From Callorhinchus milii (lineage: Eukaryota): 64,000 nt of DNA. The stretch covers positions 98,520,001-98,584,000 of the forward strand of contig NW_024704743.1 of assembly GCF_018977255.1 (NCBI RefSeq). Reading direction: 5' to 3'. Below, one piece after another: positions 38,920 to 49,890 of the stretch (positions within the stretch are counted from its first letter, which is position 1; the number at the start of each line of letters is the position of its first letter). The position numbers and the translations under genes are program-made. The notes beneath the pieces were generated by a model, which saw only the letters and a list, made by a program, of their open reading frames with translations, was not told the DNA's origin and made no database searches.

Positions 38920-39297
38920 TATTCGATTTCAAGATCCTCTCACTCGTTTTCAAATCTCTTCATTCCCTCCAACCTCCTTACCTATCCGACCTGCTTATCC
39001 TCCACTCCATCACCCACTTCCTCCACTCGGCTGGCTCTAGCCTCCTATTTGTCCCTCGTGCCTTCCAAGCCACCATCAGTGGCTATGCCTTCAGCCACCG
39101 TGCCCTAAAACTCTGGAACTCTCTTCCCTCAATCCCTCTGGCTTGCCCCCTCTCTCCCCACCTTCAAAACCCGCCTAAAGACCTTTCTTTATGATCATGC
39201 TTACAGCCACCTCCCCCTCCCTATCCCCCTGGTTCAGTGTCAGACTCCACCACTGTCAAGCTCTACCCCGTGTATAAATGCAAGTTGCTATTGTTGT
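38920..39297 (+). mobile_element. L2 3' fragment (family D-like)
   Basis: DFKILSLVFKSLH...KLWNSLP peptide and decayed tail. Confidence 0.8.
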
Positions 39298-39587
39298 TTA
39301 TTCCATTTCTATGGTTGCTTTAGATGTCAGGAACATTCTCCTGGCAAAATAGTCAGTTTGACATTCTTACATCAAGGGTTCTTGCATAATTCTGTAATGA
39401 ATTGCAGCACAGTTACAGCTAACTTGATACAAGCATTATGCAGTTTAAATCCCACTTGTACTCTGAAACTGAAGACCTGCTTTTCTCAGACCCAGACAGT
39501 TTAAATTGTATTCTGATTGACTGTCTATTTTGAATTTGAGTCACCAGTCATATCCCCAATTTCAAGTACCAGCATATTGTGTGTTAC

Positions 39588-41587
39588 TTCAAAATCTACC
39601 GCTCCACTCTAGCCTCGGCCAAATCGTCCTTCTACTCCAGGATAATCCTGGAGGCGAAGAACAACCCCAGGCTACTGTTCTCTACCACATCCCAAATCCT
39701 CCGTCCCCCCCCGCCACCCCGCGCAGGTCATCTCCTCCAACCTTCACTGCGAGGAGATGCTGGATTTCCTTGAATCCAAGATCAAGGGAATCCGCTCCGC
39801 GGTCACTTCCCCTCCAACATCCACCCACCCCTTCCCTCCCACACTCCGACTCCTACCCATCCTCCCCTACACACCTTCGTACCCGTTTCCCCACCCTCTG
39901 TCACCAAACTCATCCTCTCCCTGAAACCTACCACCTGCTCCCTTGACCCCATCCCCACTCCACTCCTTATCTCTCAGCTCCACCTCCTTGCCCCACATAT
40001 CACAGACATCGTCAACCTGTCCCTCTCCTCTGGCTCTATTCCCATTCCCTTAAAAACTGCCACCATCACTTCCACCTTAAAAAAACCCTCCCTTGATGCG
40101 TCGCAGCTATCAAGCTACCGGCCCATCTCCAACCTCCCCTTCCTATCCAAGGTCCTGGAACGAGTTGTCGCCTCCCAGCTGCGCTCTTTCCTCTCCAACC
40201 ATTCACTATTCGAACCCCTTCAATCGGGTTTCCGTGCTGCCCATAGCACAGAAACTGCCCTGGTCAAGGTCACCAATGACATCCTGACCATCTGTGACCA
40301 GGGCTCCCTCTGCCTCCTCGTCCTCCTCGACCTATTGGCAGCATTCGATACGGTCGACCACGCTATCCTACTCCACCGCTTGTCCTCCCACCTAAACCTT
40401 CAAGGCCCTGTCCTTGAGTGGTTTAGGTCGTACCTCTCCCACCGTCTTCACTTTGTCTCCACAAACGGCTTCTCCTCCACACCCCGCACTGTCTCGTGCG
40501 GTGTCCCTCAAGGCTCTGTCCTCGGTCCCTCCTCTTCACCCTCTATATGCTCCCCCTTGGTGACATCCGCAGACATGGGGTTAACTTCCACATGTATGCG
40601 GATGACACCCAACTCTACCTTTCCTCCTCTACCCTCAACTCCACGACCACCGATGTCCTGACAGCCTGCCTGTCCGACATTGAGTCCTGGACGAGAGATA
40701 ACTTTCTCCAGCTCAACGTACGCAAAACTGAGGCCCTCCTGATTGGCTCACGTCAGCGCCTCCGCACCTCAGGCGCTGACAGCATCAGCATCCAAGGCTG
40801 CACTCTCCACCTCTCAAAGCCAATCAGGAACCTCGGGTTTCTGTTCGACCCTGAGCTGTCCTTTCTCCCTCACATCCGCACCACAACTGGCACCGCCTTC
40901 CATCACCTCCGGAACATCGCCAGACTACGGCACTACCTCACCCCTCACGCTGCTGAAACTCTGGTCCACGCCTTTATCACCTCAAGGCTGGACTATGGGA
41001 ACTCTCTCCTCGCCGGCCTTCCCGGCACCTCCCTCCACAAGCTGCAGGTCATTCAGAACTCTGCAGCTCGTGTACTGTCCCGCACCAGGCTTCGCGACCA
41101 CATCACTCCCACCCTCGCTCGCCTCCACTGGCTCCCCATCCCCCAGAGGATCGAATTCAAGATCCTCACCCTCACCTACAAGGCCATTCACGGCCTTGCT
41201 CCCTCCTACCTCTCCGACCTACTATCCCCCTACTTACCTGCCCGTACCCTCCGTTCCTCTGGCTCCGGTCTGCTCCACATCCCCCGCCCCAACCGCCCTA
41301 CCATTGGTGGCCGGGCCTTCAGCCTCTCAGCCCCGAGGCTCTGGAACTCTATCCCCCAGTGCCTTCGCCGCCTCCTCCCTTTCCTCCTTCAAGGCCGGTC
41401 TCAAGACCTTTCTCTTTGACTGTGCCTTCAGCTCCCCTCTGGACTCTCTACCCCCTCCTCACTCTCTCCCTTCCCTCCCCTCACCCTGACCATTTCCCCC
41501 CTGCTCGGGTCCTGACCCAACTGTACAGCGCCTTGGGACGTCCTCCCGACGTGAAAGGCGCTCAATAAATGGAATCATGTTGTTGTT
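39588..41587 (+). mobile_element. L2-clade LINE, family A, about 2 kb, 5'-truncated and frameshifted
   Basis: [28 protein letters not shown] and YADD spread over shifted frames; same 3' end as the other family A copies. Confidence 0.95.
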
Positions 41588-42619
41588 ACTTGTGTTTTAA
41601 AGAGATCCAGTCAAAATTCTAATTAATCGTTCTGCAAACATTTTTACTGCAAATGTTATCTTAAGCCACAAAAGTAAATGCAGTAGAATCAACCCTCGCT
41701 ATATGCTAAATGCTACTTTTCAGTAATAAAAATGTATCCTGCACACCAACCAACTGTGGAACTATGGGGTTAACTTGGTTCAATTAGAAGTTTGGGCCAT
41801 TGCTTTTCCAGTAAAATAAAATGGCAATAAACAGTTGATGCCTTTCTTGACGCCTGACTCACAATCCAATATTTTTATTTTTGTCACCTCCTTAATCACT
41901 GTGCAGAACTCACTTATTCCTCGACCTTTTGGAAGCTCCTATTTCAAAATCATCAGCTGCTTTATAATTTACAACAGGAGTTCCTTTCATACCTCATCCG
42001 GCTTCAACGGTGTACAATACTACAATGCTGAGAAAAAGATTTTCTTCAGAAAATCATAACTACTTTCTTAGTTAGCCCTTGGCAAGTTACTTCAAAGCAA
42101 TAGGTTTCTTTTACTTTCCTTTCTGAGCACTTACCATCATTAGCAATGATTATTTTAGAACCCAGTCAAATATGCCCTGGGCCCAAATCACTTCAGTAAG
42201 CATACATTTGAATACTGTTTTTAAACTGCACATTTGACAGCAAAACTTCCAATGTTAACTGTAATATTGTCTCGATTTTGGCTGCAAATCACTGCCAAAC
42301 ATGCACGATAAATGGGTATCTGAGAGTATGAATCATAGCGAACGCCTCACTTCTGACACAACTTGAAGCAGGCATTTCATGAAGATTGCGCTTTGACCAA
42401 AGCAGTATAAATGTTACGGATATGAAACACATTTGCTTGAATTCACAAGGTTGATAGCCCAGGAATGTAAAACAAATTGTGTTTCCCCTTTATTAAAAGA
42501 GCCAATTGTGCGACCAGCTCTTTAATAACGTGGAAAAACAAGATTTTGGTGCTCTGCACAAAATTATGCATTTGTTTTTTCCAGTGCTTATTACACTACT
42601 ACCCGCTGCCTCCAATCAA

Positions 42620-43005
42620 CTGGCTACGGCTCCCAGACTCCATGGGCGGCCGTGCTTTCAGCCATTACGTGACGAAGCTGTAGAACTCTTTCCCTCAACC
42701 CCTTCACCTCGGCCCCTCTCTCCCTACTTTCTGGTCGTGCTTGAAGACCTTCCTCTTCGACCGTGCCTATGGTCACCTTCTCCCTCCCCGGCATCGGCCT
42801 GTTAACTGTGCCGAAGTGCCATCCGGCATGAAGGGCGCTATATAAATGCAAGTTGTTGTTGCTGTCCCACCTGAAAATCTTCCTTTTCGACCGTGCTTAT
42901 TATCACCTTCCCCCCACCCCGGTTCAGAGTCAGGCGCTGCCACTGTTAAGCGCTCTGAGACACTACCCTGAGTGGAGGGTGCTATGTAAGTGCAAGTTGT
43001 TGTTG
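42620..43005 (+). mobile_element. Two tandem L2 3' ends (about 42620-42862 and 42870-43005)
   Basis: Each has ...CTTCGACCGTGC..., a stem-loop and TGCAAG(TTG)n. Confidence 0.8.
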
Positions 43006-43424
43006 AAAGAGATGTGCAGCAGGCAATAGAAACCCAGGTTTTTGCTCCACATTGCCTAAGTGCCTGAAGCAAAGCAGATTCACTTCCCACCGTATAACTG
43101 TAGCAAAAGGTGGCATTTAATCCTCTAACATACACCATCATTGGAGCACAAGGTAGAAGTTTCCTCTCAATTCCTCTGACAACAAGATCCAAACTGCGGC
43201 TGGTCTCGGCAATTTTCCTAGCAATCAGCAAAAGAAAACTACTGCCCTGGAGCATATCTGCTTTCTCTGTTAAGAATGCTGCATAGTACATAACATGTAC
43301 TATAGTGAATTGAGTGAATGAAAAAGGAGGGGAAAAATGGGATAAATAATTTGGAGGTGGTCTACACATTGAACAGCAACTTGCATTTATTTAGTGCCCT
43401 TCATGTTGGAGTGCATTCAATATG

Positions 43425-43816
43425 CAGTAAAACTCACGTAGGTCCTATCTTTATAAATTGTTTAATCGTCAAAGTCATACATTCACCTGAGTCCCATCCC
43501 ATTCAGTTTTCCATCAAAATAACTTAGATTTCTTTGCGCTACTCATAATAAAAACACCACCAAACTCATAACACCGCTCCCCTACCCTCCATTACTGCCA
43601 CACTTACCGGCTGAATTGAATCATAAGAAATGACATCCTGACCCGTCGACGCATTCGTACTTACCACCCAGCAGCATTGAATTATGCATGAACAATGTAG
43701 ATTATTGATTAAATCGGATTTTATACGACTTATACAATTTCCATGCAACTCGGACTTCATGTAAGTCATATTAAATGGTAAAGTCCCGAATAATCCTACT
43801 TAGAAGAGTTTTATTG
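43425..43816. mobile_element. Non-autonomous Tc1/mariner (pogo/Tigger-like) DNA element
   Basis: TIRs CAGTAAAACTC / GAGTTTTATTG; TA on the right and TG on the left. Confidence 0.55.
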
Positions 43817-44503
43817 TATTTCTAACATAATGCTGTAAATTGATCCACATAGGCTTGCCTCGTGTCTTTACAATAAAAATAAAACATACATTGTTGTGGT
43901 GCCTTTAAAGATATAATAAAATGATGAGTACTTTATAAAATATAACTGATTAGAATTGCAGTGAATATTGTTATGTAGGAAAAAACAGCAGCTTCTCTGC
44001 CAGCAACATTCTATAAAGAGATGTATAGCCAATTAAGTTGAATTTGGGTAAATTTGGATCAGGATGCGAATACGAAACAGGTTAACCAGGAGAATGGTTA
44101 CATATTTCTTTAAAATTGTAGTGGCAGGCCTTTTCCACCCATCTGAACCACAGGCAAACTGTAACTAAAAAAATAAATAATATTGGTATCACATGATTAG
44201 AGTTACACCAAGGTTACACCAAGCTTCTAATCAGGTCATAGATGAAACAAAACATTTTTAGACAATATCCTAAAAGGCTACTGCAGTAGACAACACTAAA
44301 ATCAGCTAGAACAAATCAACACCAATTCATATTCTTTGACATCTCAACAAATGATATGGTTGAAATGTTCCAACTACATGGCCTAAATTTCAGTCATTAT
44401 TTTTGACAAGCCGTTGAAACATTTAGGTGGCATTTTGCTGGTAGCTAACAAACTTATCAAAAACAATTTAGGAATGTGTTTCTCATGGCAGCAAATCACC
44501 TAC

Positions 44504-44614
44504 CGCTGACACTCTGCAGCATGCAGAATTAGGTCTTCATTATTCTTCGCACTAATGGTCAGTTCATGCTCGGTTGAATTGTAGACATCCAAGAGTAGGT
44601 GGCATTGCCGGGTG
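44504..44614 (-). CDS. TRAPPC9: TRAPPC9 internal coding exon (111 nt): (S)[36 protein letters not shown](R)
   Basis: Matches recalled human [22 protein letters not shown]...LILHAGECQR. Acceptor ttccaacag|C, donor CG|gtaggt; phases 2/2 fit both neighbouring exons. Confidence 0.97.
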
Positions 44615-44979
44615 CTGTTGGAACACAATACATTAAACAAGTTTAAAGGCATCTTAGAAGTAAAAATATTTTGTGGCGTAAACAAGTAAGAAATTAATTA
44701 CCAAAATAGATTATTTTGCACAAAATGAAATTCATCCATAAAATATACCTTTAATTGTGTTACCTATGAGTGGGGAACCTCCCCTTTAGATTCAAAATAT
44801 CAAATCACAATCTTAATTTTTTCCTCTCTTTGGAAGAAAAGGCCAACATAACCTATAAAAAGTACACTTTCATAACTAACTGAAGACTGAAGAGAATACG
44901 CAAATGCAAGGATTATTATTTTATTATTACTGAAACAAGGAGCAAACCCTTACCCAGAGGCCACCCTTACATTTTTGTG

Positions 44980-45312
44980 GAGTCCTGTAGCTCAGTGGTT
45001 AGAGCACTCGCTTTGCAAGTGAGAGACCTGAGTTCAATTCCAGGCAGAGGGCGAAACCTTGGGCAAGTTTCCTTACTCCACACAGAGCCTAATAATAATC
45101 CCTCCAAAACCAAAAACAATAATAAATTGGTCATTTTCAATCCACGACTGTTTGTGGGACATTGCTGTGCGCAATTGGCTGCCGCGTTCGCCCACAAATA
45201 TACAGTCAATTCACTTTACAGTGTGTTCTGTGAAGCGCTTTGGGACGTCCTCCTGACGTGAAAAGCGCTATATCAAATGCAAGGATTATTATTATTATTA
45301 TTATTATTATTA
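44980..45312 (+). mobile_element. tRNA(Ala)-like SINE, short young form, full length
   Basis: A-box TAGCTCAGTGG, anticodon-like arm CTCGC-TTTGCAA-GTGAG, B-box GTTCAATTCC, Deu-type 3' region, L2-like stem-loop, (ATT)n tail. Confidence 0.92.
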
Positions 45313-46789
45313 TAAAGGCCACTTTAGTCCAATCCCCTGAGTGATTGCTGAAAATGGGTTTGACAGTAGTTATTTAATAATGACCCTCAGTGTTCTTCCT
45401 TTTAGCCAATTCTGAATCCATGTCCAACCTTGCCTTCGTTACCAAGTGATCTCATCTTCATGCATGCCTCATCATTTCAGCAGAAAAAAAGCCAAGTGAA
45501 TCTAAAAGTTTATTGACAACAACTTGCATTTATACAAAATCATTCATGTAAAAGAATATCTCGAAGACCTCGATGAATATAGTAGTGGGCACCGAGCAGG
45601 GAAATAAGAGACTTAAATATCCTGGAGAAAGATGTGGTTGACAAAATGTTATTTGGAGATTTTTAAAGGCAGGAAAGAATAGCAACACAATATATGTTAT
45701 GTAATATTTAGAAAACAATATTGAGGGTTTCAATAGTTCAATGAGTAAAAATGTGCTGTGATCTGGTTTTGAGCCATGTAAGAGCTTCCCAGGTTCAATT
45801 CCCAGTATCTCTAGACTGATTTCACATGGGATAGCAGTTGCAGACAATTTGCCTCAGCATCCCCAGGAGAGGAATATCAAAATATGAGCCAGATTCACTC
45901 ACAACTCACCATCCTCAGGAGAGGAGTAAGAGAAGAAAATTGGAAAATTATTTTAAAATTCAGGTACTGCCATAAAAATAAATTGCAGGAGCAGGAACAA
46001 ATTAAAGAGGCAACAATTCTGCCTCCAAATTAACGTGCCGAATGGGCACACAGTGCTAGGTTAGCACAGACCTGCTATTCTTTCCTCAGTGAATTGATGC
46101 ATTGTAATTCTTTGCAATGGTTCTAAGTATTAATGGTGAAACTCGCGGTTATGGGGTAGTATTTAGAATCTTATCTAGAGTCTAGAATCTAAAAGATGGT
46201 TACCTGATGATTTGATAAGAAAGATGGCGTATATTGATTTATTAATTTCCATATCATTTAACAAGTTATTGAATTAAAATTCTGAAGTCAATTTCAAATG
46301 CATGTTATTGTAATTAGTGTGGTTTCCTCTTACATACAGGAATGATAGGTATAGCAGTTTGCCATTTTGATTGTTTTTTTTCCAAAAAAACTATCGGCAA
46401 CTCGTGTCTTTGCAATAATTTCATTATAAGCTACGTTTCTTTTTCTTGCACATGGACAACATTGATCACTGTCATAAATACCATTTTTTGATGAAAAAAA
46501 ATTCTCCCAAACAAATAAAATCAGTTTTGGCTTCCAAGATAATCATGCATTGTCAGCTAATTCTCAGACTCACAGATGACCTCTGAAACCTGCAATCTTA
46601 GCTTGGTGCTATTTGTGTACAATATAGCTCAAGATGCATCTTTAGCGCCCAAAACAATTATTTGCAACCAGAATTACTCGCATTCATTGTTGTAAATCCA
46701 AGAATGAAGGAGCTATGTTTTTGTTAAAATCTTTACCCAAGATTTTCTGTTAGTTAACAAAAAAAAACTAACTGATTTTTTTGTTCATA

Positions 46790-49700
46790 AAAACAACAAC
46801 TTGGATTTATATAGCGCCCTCCACGCCGGACGGCGTCTCAGAGCTCTTCACAGTAACGGATCCCGGTGCCGAGCCAGGGGAGGGGGAGAAAGGTGGCCAA
46901 AGGCACGGTTGAAAAGAAAGGTCTTCGGCAGAGACCTGAAAATAGGAAGAGAAGGGAGTGAGGCGAAGGGAGTGAGGGAGCGAGTTCCAGAGTCTCGGGG
47001 CATAGTGGCTGAAGGCACAGCCGCCGAGGGTGGAGAGGAGAACTCGGGGGACGAGGAGGAGGCCAGACCCGGAGGAAGAAAGGCAACGGGCACTGTTGTG
47101 AGGAGAGAGGTCAGAGAGGTAGGGGGGTGCAGAGGAGTGGAGGGATTTGAAGACAAGGATGAGAATCTTGAAGTCGATCCTCTCTGGGACAGGGAGCCAG
47201 TGCAGTCTGGCAAGGATTGGGGTGATGGGGAGAGGAGTTTGGTGCGGGTGAGAATGCAGGCGGCAGAGTTTTGAATAATCTGGATTTTGTGGATGGTAGT
47301 GGAGGGGAGGCCGGCGAGGAATGCGGTAGAATAGTCCAGCCGAGAGGTGACAAAGGCATGGACCAGGGTTTCAGCGGCTTTCGGAGAGACGTATTGGCGG
47401 AGACGGGCAATGAGTCGGAGGTGGAAGAAGGCGGTGCTGGTGAGGGACCGGATGTGGGGGAGGAAGGATAATTGGGGGTCGAACCTGACGCTTAGGTGCG
47501 TACGGGTTCGGAGAGTTTTAAGGGGAGGTCGGGTAGGTGGAGGAGGTGAGAGCCGTGAGATTTTAGATGTTGACGAGAGTCAAAGAGTATGGCTTCCGTC
47601 TTGTCAACATTCAGCTGAAGGAAGTTTGCGCTCATCCAGCCACTGAGGTCTGACAGGCAGGCTGACAGAACATCAGGGGACTGGGGGTCACAAAGAGAGG
47701 TGGAAAAATTGAGTTGGGTGTTGTCCGCATACATGTGGAAATGTACCCCATGTCTGCGGATGACATCCCCAGAGGGAGCATGTAGATCAGAAAGAGGAGG
47801 GGGCCAAGGATGGATCCTTGGGGTACCCCGCAGGTAACCGGGTGAGTGCGGGAGGAGAAGCCTTTTGTGCTGATGTAATGCTGGCGGTTTGTGAGGTAGG
47901 ACTCGAACCAGGCAAGTGCAGTCCCACTGAGGTGGATGATGGAGGAAAGGCGGTGGAGGAGGATGGCCTGATCGACTGTGTCAAACGCGGCGGAGAGGTC
48001 CAGGAGGACAAGGAGGCAGAGGGAGCCCTGGTCACAGATAGAGAGGATGTCGTTTGTGACTTTCACAAGCGTAGTCTCTGTACTGTGGGCAGGGTGGAAA
48101 CTGGACTGGAGGGGTTCGAAGAGGGAGTGGGAGGAGAGGTGTGCGCGAAGTTGATTGGCAACAACACATTCTAGGATTTTTGCGAGGAAGGGCAGGTTAG
48201 AAATAGGGAGGTAGTGGCTGGAGTTTGAGGGATCTAGGGAAGGTATTTTGAGGAGGGGGGTGATGACAGCAGCTTTGAGGGGGGCAGGGACTGATCCAGA
48301 GGAGAGGGACTGGTTGATGACGTCAGCCAGTAGTGGGCAGAGGAGGGGGAGCTGGGTGACCAGCAAGTTGGTGGGGAGGGGGTCGAGGCAGCAGATGGTG
48401 GGTTTGATAGAGGTGATGGTAGGTGAGAGGGAGAGATGGGGAGGAAGTAATGTAGGATGGGGGTGGTGGTAGGAGCAGATGATGGGGAGGGTGAGGGGGA
48501 CAGAGAGGGCGTGGTGGTGGCTGACAAGAGGCAGGTGGATGAGGCTGCCTAGCAGATGTTAAGTATTTTAGAAGAGAAGAAGCCCATGAGCTCTTCGCAC
48601 TTGGCATTTGATATATAGAGATTGAGGAGGCTTGAGGGGGGCACGAAGGAGGTAGTGGGTGGTGGAAAAAAGGATTTTAGGGTTGTGTTTAGCCTCCAAG
48701 ATGATATTGGAGTAGAAGGCCATGTTTGTGCTTGTCAAAGAATGACGGTAGCTGTGGAGATGCTCGAGCCACAATTGGCGGTGAACTGTCAGGCCAGTTT
48801 TCTGCCATCTGCGCTCGAGCAGCCGGGTTTGGGTTTTTTGGCGGCAGAGATGGCTGTTGTACCGGGGGGGTCGGGTGGGTTTGGAGATGGTCCTGGATTT
48901 CAGGGGGACGAGGGAGTTGAAGGTGGAAGAAAGGCGATCATGGAGCAGCTGGATGGCTGCTTCAGGATCTCCGCGGGTCGAAGACCAGAAGGATAGGATG
49001 TTTGATGATGTGAGGGCCTTTGTGAGGGTCTCAGGGGTGGCCTTTTCCAAGGGCGGTAGAGGGTTGAGGGCTTGGTGGAGGAGAGAGGGACGTGAGAGGA
49101 GAAGGAGATGAGGAAGTGGTCCTAGATGGACTTGACCACTATGCTGAGGTCGGAAATATCAAGGCCGTGGGTGATAGCAAAGTCAAGGGCATGACCACGG
49201 TTGGGGGTGGGTGAGTTTATATGAAGGGTGAGGTTTAGGGAGGAGAGGAGGGCAGTGAAGTCGGCAGAAGTAGTGCAAGGGGAGTTTAGGTGGAGGTTGA
49301 AATTGCCCATTATGAACAGGCACTCAGAGCAGAGGGACAGGGAAGAGAGGAGAGTCGAGATATCTGTGTGGAAGGAGCTGGGTGGCTTAGGCGGGTGGTA
49401 AACAAGGAGGATTTTCAATGGGAGAGAGGGATGGAAGAGGGTGAGGTGCTCGAAGGAGGGGAAGCAGCCAGAAGAGTAGGGGGTAAGACTAAGGGAGGCT
49501 TTGGAAATGAAGGCCACCCCGCCGCCACGTTGGTTTGGACGGGGGTTGTGGTGGAAGGTGTAGCCTGGTGGGGAGGCTTCCACTAGGGAACGGGGTCATT
49601 GGGGGAGAGCCAGGTTTCAGTGAGCCCAAGAATGTCAAGGTGCTCGTCCAGGATGAGGTCGTGGACGGTGAGGGCTTTATTTGAGAGGGAACGGACCTTT

Positions 49701-49890
49701 TGCAGGGAAATGCGGGTGGGTTTGCTGGAGGGAGGGAAGGGAGGAGAGGGATGAGAGAGTGATATGGAGAGGATTTTGGGATGTACGGGAGAGATGGTTG
49801 TGGAGAGCAGTGTGAGTGGAGCGTTGCGGAGGGTACGTATGAGGGAGGGGGACGTTGGGTTTGCCTTAAGGAGGTGTTTGAGCGGAGGGA
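46790..49890 (-). mobile_element. L2-clade LINE, family B, near-full-length but disrupted ORF2 (APE endonuclease plus RT)
   Basis: APE motifs RISLQKVRSLSNK, GLTETWL, GGGVA and GNFNLH near 49120-49720. RT motifs [20 protein letters not shown] and YADN. Distinct 3' stem-loop ACGCCG-TC-CGGCGT. Confidence 0.93.

Noticed and set aside
42773..43369. 198-aa minus-strand ORF
   Set aside because: Runs antisense through two L2 tails, with no recognisable domain or splice support.
44980..45050. tRNA-Ala gene (and similar heads elsewhere)
   Set aside because: No acceptor-stem closure, and it runs directly into a SINE body and tail.
45760..45930. Possible ancient SINE remnants (also about 4400-4570, 14810-15010, 32980-33135)
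   Set aside because: Too decayed to name or bound without a database search.
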